A stretch of 64,000 nt of DNA. It comes from Octopus sinensis (lineage: Eukaryota). Shown one piece after another: positions 25,729 through 38,430 of the stretch. A model generated the notes under the pieces. It did no database searches. It was not told where the DNA came from and saw only the letters and a program-made list of their open reading frames with translations. Position 1 is the first letter of the stretch. Each line of letters opens with the position of its first letter. A program made the translations under genes and the position numbers. The stretch is from contig NC_043004.1 of assembly GCF_006345805.1 (NCBI RefSeq), positions 2,480,001 through 2,544,000 on the forward strand, given 5' to 3'.

Positions 25729-25914
25729 GTTAGAATGAGTTTTAATCAAAGAAATTTTAATTTTATTACTCTGTAAAATAATATTTCCTTAGTTTAAATG
25801 TGCACAAATGCATAAAAATAATTTTTAATTCCATTAGACATTCTAAAATACCAATAAATTTCATTCAACTTTTAGAAAAATAGTAAATCGGACAGAACTT
25901 ATGGGATGACATCA
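24876..25914 (-). mobile_element. Mariner transposon, 3'-truncated
   Basis: TIR-like end TA|tgatgtcatcccataagttctgtccg at 25914; sequence breaks into (TATG)n after YSPELAP*DYHLF. Confidence 0.9.
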
Positions 25915-26870
25915 TATTTATTTTTTCTAAAATTTACGTTGCGTCTTGCAACCTTTTCAATGGTGGTTGAATAAATAATTATTCCTAAAATACTAACATA
26001 TTTATCTTATGCAAAATCTACTTACATGCTTGGGACGAACAATCTATTGCTGGTAAAGCAATGCTGTTTCTATACGTATATGAAAAGATATTGCTTATAT
26101 TCTGCTTTAAAACAGATGCCGGACGATACAATAATTCTCGCTATGTATTATGAAACATATGTTCCAAGAATCTCTTAGATGCATAAATTTGCATTTTATT
26201 TGAGTCTGTTTTTAAAGTTGCACTCGTCAGATTTCTTAAGCATAGCAGGTTTTGGTTTAGAAAGGTTTTAAGATAAATATTATTTAGCATTTGCCATATT
26301 ACATAATTCAATCTAAAAATATTTGACATAAATACATTTTTGATGAACATGTCATCTCTCTTCGAATTCTTTTTTCTTTCTTAATTTTAGATATAGTCAC
26401 TGAGAAAATCTACGTATATATTATGAATTCATATTACGTACTGGAAATGGTTCCACTTTTTTTCAGTAGAAGTCGTAAAATTAATCTGTAGCTAAAGTAA
26501 TCTTTAGCTGTATTTAATGACTAGCAAACAACCAGAAATTATATGTTTAGTGATTTAAGTGTTGGCGAATGCTTCTGCTGTTCTTAAGCCAGCGAGGCCG
26601 ATGGTCTAAATGTGGCAACGTTCGCGGGTTTAGATTTTTGCAACTCATCAGCAGCATTAAACATATGTGAAAGGAGAGAAGTAGAAAGGAAGAAAGTTTC
26701 GGGGTTGGTGGAAAGAAATGGACGGAGTGGTTAGCGCGCAAGATGGAGGAGACACCAAATGGTTGACGGAATAAGGCGAGACAAGCAGAAGTAGCACAAA
26801 ACTATGTAGTGTAACGCTTCTGTGTCTGTATCGGTAGGGTGCTGTTTATGGGAGAAGTACGGCACCGATT

Positions 26871-26901
<31 letters not shown>

Positions 26902-26947
26902 CAGAAAGAAAGAAGAAAGAAAGACAGAAAGAAAGAAAGACAGACAG

Positions 26948-27036
<89 letters not shown>

Positions 27037-27260
27037 TTTTTAAAAGAAAGTGTTTGACAATGACTTCGAAGTCTCGATTTACAAACCGTCATCGATTGGT
27101 CAATCAGAAAACTCACTGTCAACCATTTTCCTTGTAAAGCTTAAGAAATGTTCTCTATTTAAAAAATATTGGACGATCCTTCTGTTTAACGATAACTTAT
27201 CTTTACATATAACTTAACAGAAGAACAAAATTATTAACATAGATATGCATGTATGCAGAC

Positions 27261-27294
<34 letters not shown>

Positions 27295-27302
27295 CTAAAA
27301 AT

Positions 27303-28126
27303 TGATGTAGTAATACATTACGAAGGTTATATCGTAAACAATTAATGATTATTTATGCATATATCAATGGCCAAATAAGTTATGATAAAATACATAGAAA
27401 AACGTTTATAATTATGAACAAGTCACAATTATAACTAAAAGGGTTTCAAAAACCCTTACATGTTTAGAAATAGCAGTCAAAACCGCTATAAAGCCATTTT
27501 TTATCACTCATATTATTTTTCTATCAAAGCTGTCTGCTGGCGACCTGAAAAATAAAATCCACAACGTTAAAATAACTGCTTAATTCCCTCTTGCAATTTC
27601 GACGTTAGGGACCTATTAAGGGACTCATTCGTCTTGTCAGGGTTATATTCCTATAGATAGAAATCAATACAACACTTTACCTTGGTGCTAACATGTATCC
27701 CGACCGGAAAGAGAAATGTGTCAACCTCTATGTATACATTCAAGTTTTGAATTCAAATGCCATGTACAGCGTTTATGAGAAAAGAGCGGTAAATTGAAGC
27801 CTCCGCAAAATCACCGGTTGTGAGTTGGGAAAATTAAATAATTAAATAGTGATGTAATAATGCATTACGGAGGTTACATTATAAACAATTAGTAATTATT
27901 TATGAATATATCAATGGCCAAACATGTTATCATAAAATACATAGAAGACTGTTTATAATTATGAACAAGTGGCAATTATAACTCAGAGGGTTTCAAAAAC
28001 CCTTACATGTTTAGAAATAACAGTCAAAACCGCTATGAAGTCATTCCTATCACTCATATTATTTCTCTTCACTATCAAATCTGTCTGCGGGCGACATGAC
28101 AAATAGAATCTACAACTTGAAAATAA
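27303..28126 (+). repeat. Diverged ~275-bp direct repeat pair (27303-27575, 27850-28126)
   Basis: Shared blocks such as agggtttcaaaaacccttacatgtttagaaata and tatcactcatattattt. Confidence 0.9.
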
Positions 28127-28369
28127 TATATTTATGCGCTTGCGTGTATAAATGTAAGTTCTCTTCTATTTTTAATTACTTGATATCATCCGGCAAAGCA
28201 AGAGTCTATTTGTAACAAAGATACATATCCTTATCGTTGGAATGTTGACAACAAACACAAAGTCACATTTTGAACTTGAAAAATGTCTTGCATACTTTTA
28301 CTGTTCCGTTTACAGATCGTGTCTGTAATGTGAGAATTCGTTTGATAATCTTTTTTTTTTTTTTCTGAA

Positions 28370-28677
28370 AACCTCAGATTAGCGAGATTGTCACTTAGGC
28401 CTTTACTCACAAAACAAAAGGCACCAATTATTCTTGGTATAAATATCGATCCTGGATATTCAAGCTGGAAATTTCGAAGCAGTTCAATTATTCAGTTATC
28501 CGCAGTTCCCCATCCCCAACTTTTTTGGGGAGGGTGTGCAAAGACATATTCACATCAGCAGGGAAGATGACCTCAGCTGACCTCAAATTCATACTTTTTC
28601 TTGTCCGTCCCAAACAACAATATCGAGGCTGTTATGTTTGAACTTAGTAGAAATTTTGATGGGAACGTTCCACCAAT
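28370..28677 (-). mobile_element. R4/Dong-like RLE domain fragment (highly decayed)
   Basis: YWWNVPIKISTKFKHNSLDIVVWD, PADVN, LLRNFQLEYPG..FIPRIIGA; aligns by eye with the 52920-53510 element. Confidence 0.75.
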
Positions 28678-28864
28678 AGATAGATAGATATGATACGTAT
28701 GTATGTTCATTTTGCTGATGTTTATGTATGTAAACAATAACAAGAGCGGGATTCTCTATATTTATCTCTGGAGAGTCTACTTTTCGGATGGAATTTTATA
28801 TTATATTAGCGACAAGGTCGTGTCGCCTTTGGATATAGCGCCGCCTCTGTGAATTTTTTTAGTC

Positions 28865-29213
28865 AAAAGAATCGATCCTAGTAAAAAATTTTAAGCCTGG
28901 TACTTATTCTATCGGATTCTTTGGCTGAACCGGTAAGTTACGGGTACATAAGTACATCAACACCCTTTGACAAGTGATGGTGGGGAAAACACATACACAA
29001 GCACACACATACACAAGCACCCATTCACACACACGCTCATACACACATACACGACGGGCTTCCTTCATTCTCCATCTTGCAAATAAAACCCACAAGGCAT
29101 TGGTCGGTCGGAAGCTATAGTAAAAGACACTTGCCCAAGATGATATGCAGTGGGACTGAATCCGGAATCATGTGATTGGGAAGCAAGCTTCTTACCACGC
29201 AGCCACTCCTGCA
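28865..29213 (-). mobile_element. SINE family B (diverged)
   Basis: Reverse complement of ggagtggctgcgtggtaag..ttcagtccc..cttgggcaagt with internal (CA)n. Confidence 0.85.
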
Positions 29214-29296
29214 CATATGTACAGATAGCTAGCTAGCTAGCTAGATAGATAGACAGATAGAGAGACAGACAGAAAGACAGATAGCGATATTTAGAT

Positions 29297-29328
29297 ATGT
29301 ATGTTATATATATGTATATATATGTATG

Positions 29329-29364
<36 letters not shown>

Positions 29365-29425
29365 CATATATACATATATATATATGTATGTATGTATATT
29401 ATATATATATATGTGTATATATTCA

Positions 29426-29470
<45 letters not shown>

Positions 29471-29510
29471 TATATATATATATATAATATATATATATAT
29501 TATATATATA

Positions 29511-29550
<40 letters not shown>

Positions 29551-29571
29551 TATATATATATACATATATAT
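29297..29571. repeat. (TA)n-rich microsatellite
   Basis: Directly visible. Confidence 0.95.
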
Positions 29572-29975
29572 GTAATGCATGTTTATGTATGTATATCATG
29601 TTATGAAGTAGCGACACAATTTGGTAGTCCAAGCTTTCAGAGGGTTAAACTTCAAAGAATAACATTCCACGATATGCCAATTCACAAAGACGGAGATGTT
29701 TCAATCGATCGCCACAGACGGCATCATTTAGCCAAACAGCTCTATATGAGGTTGTCGAAAGACTCTCTTACCAAGATTCTCTCGCAGAACATCAAACAGT
29801 GAAATATATTATAATTTCAACTTGTAACAATTTACCTTACTAGATATGGCTCCACTTATATAGAGATTAAACTCTAATACTGATTAGTGTATCGGATTTA
29901 GTAAATTTCATTTGTGCTATCAAGGATGTCTATGCTCCGTTAATCTGGTACTCACGTAATTTGTGTATGATGTAA

Positions 29976-30570
29976 GGCGGCGAGCTGGCAGAAACGTTAG
30001 CACGCCGGGCGAAATGCTTAACGGTATTTCGTCTGCCGTTACGTTCTGTGTTCAAATTCCGCCGAGGTCGACTTTGTCTTCCATCCTTTCGGGGTCTATA
30101 AATTAAGTACCAGTCACACACTAGGGTCGATATAATCGACTCAATCCGTTTGTCTGTCCTTCTTTGTCCCCTCTGTGTATAGCCCCTTGTAGGTAGTAAA
30201 GAAATAGGTATTTCGTCTGCCGCTACGTTCTGACTTCAAATTCTGCCGAGGTCGACTTTGTCTTTTATCCTTTCGGGGTCGAATAAGTTCAGTACCAGTT
30301 ACGCACTGGGGTCGATGTAATCGACTTAATCCCTTTGTCTGTCCTCGTTTGTTCCCTCTATGTTTATCCCCTTGTGGGCAATAAAGAAATAAGAAACGTC
30401 AGCACGCAGGGCGAAATGCTTAGCGATATTTCGTTGTCTTTACGTTCTTAGTTCAAATTCCGCCGAGATCCACTTCGGCTTTCGTCATTTCGGGGTCGAT
30501 CTAATCGACTGACCCCCCTCCCTAAAAATTTTGGGCATTGTACCTAGAGTAGGAAAGAATTTTTGATGGG
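29976..30570 (+). mobile_element. SINE family A composite with 18-bp TSD
   Basis: TSD aatttgtgtatgatgtaa at 29958-29975 and 30571-30588; three B-box modules inside. Confidence 0.93.
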
Positions 30571-30627
30571 AATTTGTGTATGATGTAAAATTTAAGTCAT
30601 GCATGTGTTTTATATAATACACTAGTT

Positions 30628-30835
30628 AAGGCGGCGAGCTGGCAGAACCAATAGCACGCCGGACGAAATGCATAGCGATATTTCGTCTACCGCTACGTTC
30701 TGAGTTCAAATGCTGCCGCGGTCGATTTGCTTTTATCTTTTCGGGGTTGATAAATTCAAGTACTAGTTGGGATCTTTCTAATCGACAGGCCCCCTCCCCC
30801 CAAAATTTCTGGTCGTGAGCCTAGAGTAGTAAAGT
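30628..30835 (+). mobile_element. SINE family A monomer
   Basis: ggcggcgagctggcagaa head through the cctagagtag tail. Confidence 0.88.
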
Positions 30836-33232
30836 ATATATTATACTAGTTTATGGTGGTTTAATATTTCTGTTAAAGTAATTAAATTCAATTCTGTTAA
30901 AGTAATTAATTACTCACCTCAACAATTATTCGGCTCAGCTGCTGCTAACAGGGTAAATTATGCTGTTCCTGATTTAGTTGTATATCTATTTGTGTTGGTG
31001 GAAATTTGTGCCCGACGCCTTCGCAAGCCCTCGGATGTCGATGTAGTTAGTTTCCCTCTTAAATACTTACAAGTTAATCGTTAAAGTAAGCAATTTGTAC
31101 AGAGTGAGAACCCCCCAGAAATTCGACATTCCGGTAAAAAAAACAGGTGGAAACTCATTTAGTACGATTCTGAGTGGAGCATAATGGAGTGGGGGGGGGA
31201 ATAAAGAAGGCCAAGAGGTAGTACGTGAATGGAAATGGTATGTTATCAGTCAATTCTGAGCAGAGGCCATATTGCAAATGTTTTAAAAAGACAGACAGAC
31301 AGGCAAGCAAACAGACAGAATGGCAGGCAGGCAGGCAGGCAGGCAGGCAGATGATAAAAACCGTATGTGTTTTAAGTGTACTCAAAAACCACTTCACATA
31401 TTTTTGTAAGTGATCTTGAATGTTCTTAGTTGTAACAGCATTAATATTCTAGATATGGGGACTAGTAAACAAGAGTGTGGCTTACGTGTGTTTTGTAGAC
31501 AATTAGAAATTACTAAGGGGGACTTCGTATATTTCCTGTCCCTGCAGCGGAAGTTCTGTCTATGTGTTACAGACCTTGTCGTTTTCTGCGCTGTGGGCGT
31601 GTGTTCGCCAGGAGAGATACTCGGTAATGGCGAGGGAAAGTATTTGTACCGACCTTCAGGCTTTTAGAAACCTACAGTTTATTATTTGTAGGTGGAATTC
31701 AATGATGTTTTTTTTATATGTGTAGCAATAGTGCTTTCCGGCTGCTAATGAAGCCAATATACGATGTTATCAAACATTGATTATGAAATATTTTGAACGA
31801 ATGCCATTAATATGTCAACAACCGATGACACGATTCGAGCCGCTAACCTCTCGGTTTGTTGTTCGATATTTTATCCAACTGCACCATCATTTATCAGTCT
31901 CGACTCTTTCTTTAAGAAAAGGATTTTAACAGATAATCAGCTGTTAATCCTCTCTAAAACAATAACGTGGAAGTGAATATAGACGTACGCCGTTTCCCTT
32001 GATATATTTAGGTATGTAATAATCGTGAAATTAGATGGGTAATTACATTTTATGTTATCATAATGTTACTATTTTAAACCCAAATGGGATGCCTGCAACG
32101 ACAAATAGAAATTTGGTATGAAATACATAACGATAAGTAGATTTTTCCATCATGCATACCTGCCTTTAAGCAATATGATAACTTATAGATATTATGGTTA
32201 GATGAATATTATTGCTCATTCAAGTCTGGCTCTGAGAATTATCCAGCGGCTACAACTGTAGGAAGTAGAAATTAATTAAAATACAACTAAAATCGATGAT
32301 TGTATAATTAATATTCCAAACTGTGTAAGTAGTAATAAAATTAATATTCTGTTGTGAGAAATGAAGCGTTTAAATTAACAGGTTGCTGAACAAAATCCAA
32401 TTTCTCACTTTCGAAACGCATACACTTATATATATATGACATATACATACAGTTGCATTATATGTAATCATCATCATCATCATCATCATTATCATCATCA
32501 TCATCATCATCACCAGCAGCAGCAGCAACAAGAAGAGCAGCAATTTTTCCTCCCCTTCTCCCTCCTTGTCTCTCACATAGAAACATTTACAGCTTCGCAT
32601 TTATCCCTCACACATATAAGGAACTTTCTTTCACTGTCTTTCTCTTTCACTTTCTCTCTTGGCATATACATACATTTATCTATGTGTATATGTATGTATG
32701 TATGTATGTATCTACGTATCTATGTATGTACGTATACATATAATACGCGCGCGTAAGAGCCGCATTAATTCGGTGGCCGCCCCACCACCGACACTTCAGC
32801 ATTACATGTCACTCCCAATAGGATTTCCTGTAAATGCAGCAACAACAACAACTGAAGAGGTTATGTGCACCTTTGCTACAGACATAACTAAACAGTATGT
32901 AAATTTTATTACCACAGCACATGTTGGCAGACAATCAGAACCTACGATGACATTCTTCAGATCTGCTCTTGTAGACGTGAGTGACCAGTGGTCCACATAG
33001 TGGCGCTGTACATGTTTATAGCTATGGCTATCAACGGTCAGTGATCCTTTCTGCATACTTGTCAATTCACCACATAATCACACACGCACGCACGCACGCA
33101 CACACACATACACACACATACACACACACACGCATGCACACACACAGTGATGAAATTTATTTTAAACTTTTATCAAAGTAGCTTCGCTTGATCATTCATA
33201 GACAGTATATAACTGTGTGTATTCGATATTAC

Positions 33233-33298
33233 ATAATGCTTGAACATATGTATAGACATCTATATACATGCACATATACATACACACACATATATATA

Positions 33299-33381
<83 letters not shown>

Positions 33382-33383
33382 TC

Positions 33384-33414
<31 letters not shown>

Positions 33415-33515
33415 TATAGGTATGTGGGTGTATATATGTATGTATGTATTATAGGTATGTGGGTGTATCTATATATGCCTGTATATAGATGTCTATACAT
33501 ATGTTCAAGCATTAT
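33233..33515. repeat. Inverted repeat (45-bp arms) enclosing microsatellites
   Basis: ataatgcttgaacatatgtatagacatctatataca.. at 33233-33277 and its reverse complement at 33471-33515. Confidence 0.9.
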
Positions 33516-33596
33516 ATACATATAATATAGGAAAAAAAATTTCGAAAAAAATTCTATGAATGGCCAGCATATTAAAAAATACCTTTAAAGGTTAAA

Positions 33597-34190
33597 TTTA
33601 TAAACAACTTATAATCAAGGGCAAAAGAAAAAAATTCTAATGCCAAATATGCCGAAAAAAGACAAATAGTCAATAACCGTATAATTTATCACTATACGCA
33701 CGCGTCTCGAAGCAAGCCGACAGAAATTTCTAAAAAATTCCGTTATTATCGTATCGGTCCCAATTTCAGAGTTAATTGATAAGAATGTTCAATACGGTAA
33801 GAAATAAATGAAATACTTATTTATACCCATGGAAGAAGCAAACACTAAGGCATGCGCACACTTAAGTACACCAAATGTATCCAAAATAGAAATTCTCCAG
33901 CACATATCGAGACACGTGCGAGACACTTAGTGTTTGCTTCTTCCTTGGGTATAAGTATTTCATTTATTTCTTACCGTATTTATCGCTGACGAGGAGAAAA
34001 TTCCTTATGTATTAACGCTGAAATTGGGACCGATACGATAATAACGGAATTTTTTAGAAATTTCTGTCGGCTTGATTCGAGATCCGTGCTTATAGTGATA
34101 AATTAAATGGTTATTGACGATTTGTCTAAATTCGGCATGTTTGACATTAGAATTATTTTTCTTGCTCTTGCTTAGAAGTTGTTTATATAT
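33597..34190. mobile_element. Foldback (palindromic) element, Penelope-like
   Basis: Arms ~33600-33850 and ~33926-34190 are reverse complements (e.g. gccgacagaaatttctaaaaaattccgttattatcgtatcggtcccaatttcag); ctgacgag at ~33986. Confidence 0.75.
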
Positions 34191-34200
34191 ATATATATAT

Positions 34201-34401
34201 GGTGAATCCAAACAAAGAACAAACAGGAAAAACAATAACGTGAGGACGTGGTACAAGTACTGTATTATCAGACAGCCAGGAAAGAAAGGAAAGATGATTT
34301 AATGTTTCTAGTTAAGCTCTCCTTCAGAAATAGAACGAAGTCCAAATGAAGGGAAGACGTAGGAAGATAATCACCAACGATACACACCCGGTTACATTTT
34401 G
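34201..34401 (-). mobile_element. Short Penelope-like repeat with decayed hammerhead motif
   Basis: Between (TA)n tracts; minus strand AUUU-CUGAAGG-A-GAGC..GAAA-CA-UU-AAAU at 34297-34331. Confidence 0.55.
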
Positions 34402-34411
34402 ATATATATAT

Positions 34412-34449
<38 letters not shown>

Positions 34450-34464
<15 letters not shown>

Positions 34465-34641
34465 GCATATATACATACATATATGTACATACCTACATAT
34501 ATTTGTATATATACATCCATATATGGGTACAGGACATCAAAAAACTTTGACAAAATGAGAAACAAAAACATAAAAAATAAAACATAAAAATGTTCGTGTC
34601 TCTCATTTTGTCAAAGTGTTTTTGATGTCCTGTACCCATAT

Positions 34642-34696
<55 letters not shown>

Positions 34697-34730
34697 TATG
34701 TAATATATGTATGTATATATGCATGAATTT
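34450..34730. mobile_element. Foldback element
   Basis: atatgggtacaggacatcaaaaa..ctttgacaaaatgaga versus tctcattttgtcaaag..tttttgatgtcctgtacccatat; arms extend into the flanking TA-rich sequence. Confidence 0.85.
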
Positions 34731-34791
34731 ATATATTATTTATATTATTATATGATCGAACTCCACGCATCCATTTGCAAGTATACATATA

Positions 34792-35085
34792 TATTTAATG
34801 AACTTGTTAAACGTTCTTATATTTTCCCAAGATTTTCCCTTGTAGGCTGTTCTTAACATGTTCTTATTATCAAGCAGTGTATATGTATATTGTAATATTT
34901 TGTGATAACCAGTAGCTGGCACAACCAAGCTTTTGTGCCCAATATTTTGATGAACTTGTTAAACTTTTAGTATATTTTCCCAAATTTTCCCTTGTGGACT
35001 GTTCTTAACATGTTCTTGTTATCAAAGAATGTACATGTGTATTGTAGTATTTTGTGACAACCAGTTACTAACACAACCAATCTTT
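34792..35085 (+). repeat. Tandem duplication, ~150-bp unit x2
   Basis: atgaacttgttaaac..ttttcccttgt..ctgttcttaacatgttctt..cacaaccaa occurs twice. Confidence 0.9.
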
Positions 35086-36397
35086 TATATGTTACTTTTG
35101 ACAATCTTTTTCTAAAAAGTGAAACCGGCAAAGTAAATACACATCTTTTAAAATTGCATTTCAAACCTTCTTTCATATATAATTCCACTTGTGCGGTACC
35201 TTACAACTCCACTTTGTTATATATATATAAAAATATATATATATATGATTGTATATACGTATTATAATATTTATTATTAAGGGTTACTGAGACAGCGAGC
35301 TGCAGAGCCTTTTGAAATACTGGGAAAAGTGCTCGGCTGTATTTCGCCCGACTTTGAGTTCTAATTCTGTCGGAACTGACTTTCATTTTCATTTCACGGA
35401 ATCGACAAAATAAGTACCAGTTGATGTAACCGACTTAACCCCCTCCTCTAAATCTGCTGGCCGTGTGCCACAATTTGAAACTAGTTCGGAGATATTTGTT
35501 TCCAAAACTGTTCTGGAAAACCAATATTATCGACGGCGTAATTGTTATTGTTTCCTAAAATTCATTCGAGTATTTCTTGTTCTCTGACACATTCCGAGTT
35601 CGAAACCAACCGAGGTTTTGTTTGCCTATTCTTCTTCCTGATGCATAGATTGAAGAACCAGTCAAGCACTATCATCAATCTAACCGACTTCCCATTAATA
35701 TATGTGTTTGTGTGTGTGTCAATATATTTATATGTGTGTGTGCGCGTATACTAATGCATATCGCTGTAGTTTGGCTAATATTTACCCCACATTCATAAGT
35801 GTGGAGTCTCCGGTTGGGAATTTTAGTTCCAAGTTTCGCAAATATGATGAAACCGATGTTCTCTGTAAGGCAGTGACTTTCTCAAGACTGCAATAATATT
35901 TTTCAATAGTATTCTAAACTCATTACCTCAATAATATTGTAACTCTACAATTAACTTCTATGGAGCTTCCTAAATCTTGCAGTTGATAATATCAAGGACA
36001 GTTCGCGCTTATTGCACAACCTGGCTCCATATAATGTATATATTTGCATATGTGTATTTATGGTTGTGAATATGTATTTAAGTAGAGATAGATAGAGAGA
36101 AAAGGAAAGTGATTGGTTGTTTCTCTCACTAAATTTATAGGTCAATTGGTTGCTGTTTATATATTTCGGCGTATTCACTTATTCAAATATGGCCATGTTA
36201 TCTGTTTGATGGCTAAAATGATTATCAACAGCGTAACACGACGTTCAATGAAATGGGGCGTGACTGTTCGTATCTCAGCATCTGGAATAGGTAGCAACCA
36301 AGGCTAAGACAGACCTAACCTTCAACTCTCTATGTCATTTAACACCTCTAACTATGTAACGCGGTTGGTTTAATTCCTCAATATAACGAGCGACGTT

Positions 36398-36600
36398 GAG
36401 CTGGCAGAATCGTTAGCACACCGGGGAACATGCTTAGTGGCATTTCGTCCCTTTTTAATTTCAGAGTTCAAATGTGGCCGGGTCGACTTTTCATTTTATC
36501 CTTTCGGGGTCGATAAACTAAGTACTAGTTGAGCACTGGGGTCTATGTAATCGAGTTACCCCAACCCCGAAATTTCCGGCGATGTGCCAAAATTTGGAAC
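36398..36600 (+). mobile_element. SINE family A monomer (diverged)
   Basis: gagctggcagaatcgttagcac..gagttcaaat..cctttcggggtcgataaa. Confidence 0.85.
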
Positions 36601-37334
36601 TAATATAATGACTGATTCTACTTTTTAAAATCCAGTTGATTGACTGAGTGGAATATTGATTTCTTTCTTGGTATGAGGCCTAAGATTTAAAGGAGAATTA
36701 TTGCAGTTCTACTAAGAAACTATTGTTTGAAAAACATAGTTTACTTCATCAGAATGTATACTCAGAGTATCGTGGAAAATAACGTCTACACTAGAGTTAT
36801 ACTCTGGAAAGTCACACCAAGCGATGTAATGAGTCAAGTTGATTTTAGTTGCATAATCGCACATTTACATCATGTAGTAGTGAAAATAAAATTCTGGGAG
36901 TATTTGAAAAATAAATTGTAATGAAGAAATTCTGATAATGTAAATATGAAGAAACAACAATCGGTGTTTATTGGCAGTATGACCGTCACACATTTCAAAA
37001 TATTTCAGCGTCAATAGATGGTTTCAAATCAAAATTTTTTCCAGACATTCAAAGAGGAGACATTTGTATTATATTTGTGTTGTATATAAAAATATCACTG
37101 AAACCGGACATAAAGATTGATTTATAAATATTCCGTCACTACAATAATCCGAGTTGCTCGCAAAATAGAACTCCCTTTTCATTGGAACTATTAAGGGATC
37201 TTCTTCGTTGTTTTCAGGACGTTTTAAAACTACCAGCCATCCTTTTTTTTTAGAAAATCGTAGAAGAAACATTGGACAAGCATATCTTGGATATATTCAC
37301 CATGCTGGACCACTGAACCCAACACGTTTTTTTT

Positions 37335-37462
37335 CATTCTGTCTCTATTTATTTCCTTCTATCCTTTCTGTCGAAGAGCGTAGGCTTGAAACGTAAAAGA
37401 CTTCCATTTCTCCAAATACATTTGCTTGTTGTTCATACACTTGTCTTCGTCTTTCTGTAAAT
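37335..37462 (+). mobile_element. Family H1 copy with hammerhead-like motif (37364-37399)
   Basis: CUUU-CUGUCGA-A-GAGC-GUAG-GCUU-GAAA-CG-UA-AAAG; reverse-complement homolog of 11770-11953. Confidence 0.7.
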
Positions 37463-37844
37463 GTGTTTACATTATGTTTGAAGGAGATGAGATTGTCGTG
37501 GCTGAAAATGTCTTTTCATTGTTCTGGTCTAATTTGGAGTTAAAGAGAAAAAATACGACTCATTGGATTAGAAGGTAAGTAGTTTAGTTTTACTTATATC
37601 TCTCTCCCCTCTCTCTCTCTCTTTCTGCCTCTTTTTCTTTTTGTTCCTCTCACTTTCGCTCTCTCTTTCTCTCCGTCCTTCTCACTTTCTCTCTCTCTCT
37701 CTCTCTCTCTCTTTGACCCTCTCACTTTCTCTTTGTCCCTCTCACTTTCTCTCTCTTACTTTCCATCCTTCTCATTTTCTCTCTCTTTCTGTCCCTCTCT
37801 ATTCCCTCTCTCTCTCTCACACACACGTATATATAGTTATCTTT

Positions 37845-38050
37845 TACTTTTTACTTGTTTCAATCATTAGACTGCGGCCATGCTGGAGCAGTACCTACAA
37901 GAATTTTTAGACGAATTATTCGACCCTATTATGTGTTTCTTTTAAAACCTGGTACTTAAGTTATCGGTTAATTTTATCGAACCACTAAGTTACGGGGACA
38001 TAAATGCATCAACGCCGGTTGTGAAACAGTAGGTATGGAACAGACTTAGA
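37845..38050 (-). mobile_element. SINE family B 3' half (diverged)
   Basis: ttttacttgtttc..gactgcggccatgctggagca..ctaagttacggggac. Confidence 0.75.
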
Positions 38051-38367
38051 AACGAAGACACATCACACACACACACGAATACGCTCCTACATGCACACAT
38101 ACACACACATATATATATATATACACACACACACACGCACATGTATTTCAGGATTAAATAAAAAGGCACAAAGGAAAATTTAACACACCTATATATATAA
38201 TTAAGGAAATGTGTACTAAATACACAGGCGAACAGAAAACACAGAAGATTTCCAACTGCTCATCAGTTATCGACCAGAGGGCTGAACGCAATTTCGGCCA
38301 TTATCGATAATATTGCTTCCACTCTGGAGGCACCGGCAAGAAACTTGCCGGGAATATGTGTGTATAC

Positions 38368-38430
<63 letters not shown>

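Noticed and set aside
26608-26660. Minus-strand CTGATGAG..cGAACGTT hammerhead candidate
   Set aside because: Stem II does not pair convincingly, GAAA is incomplete, and there is a single copy in the window.
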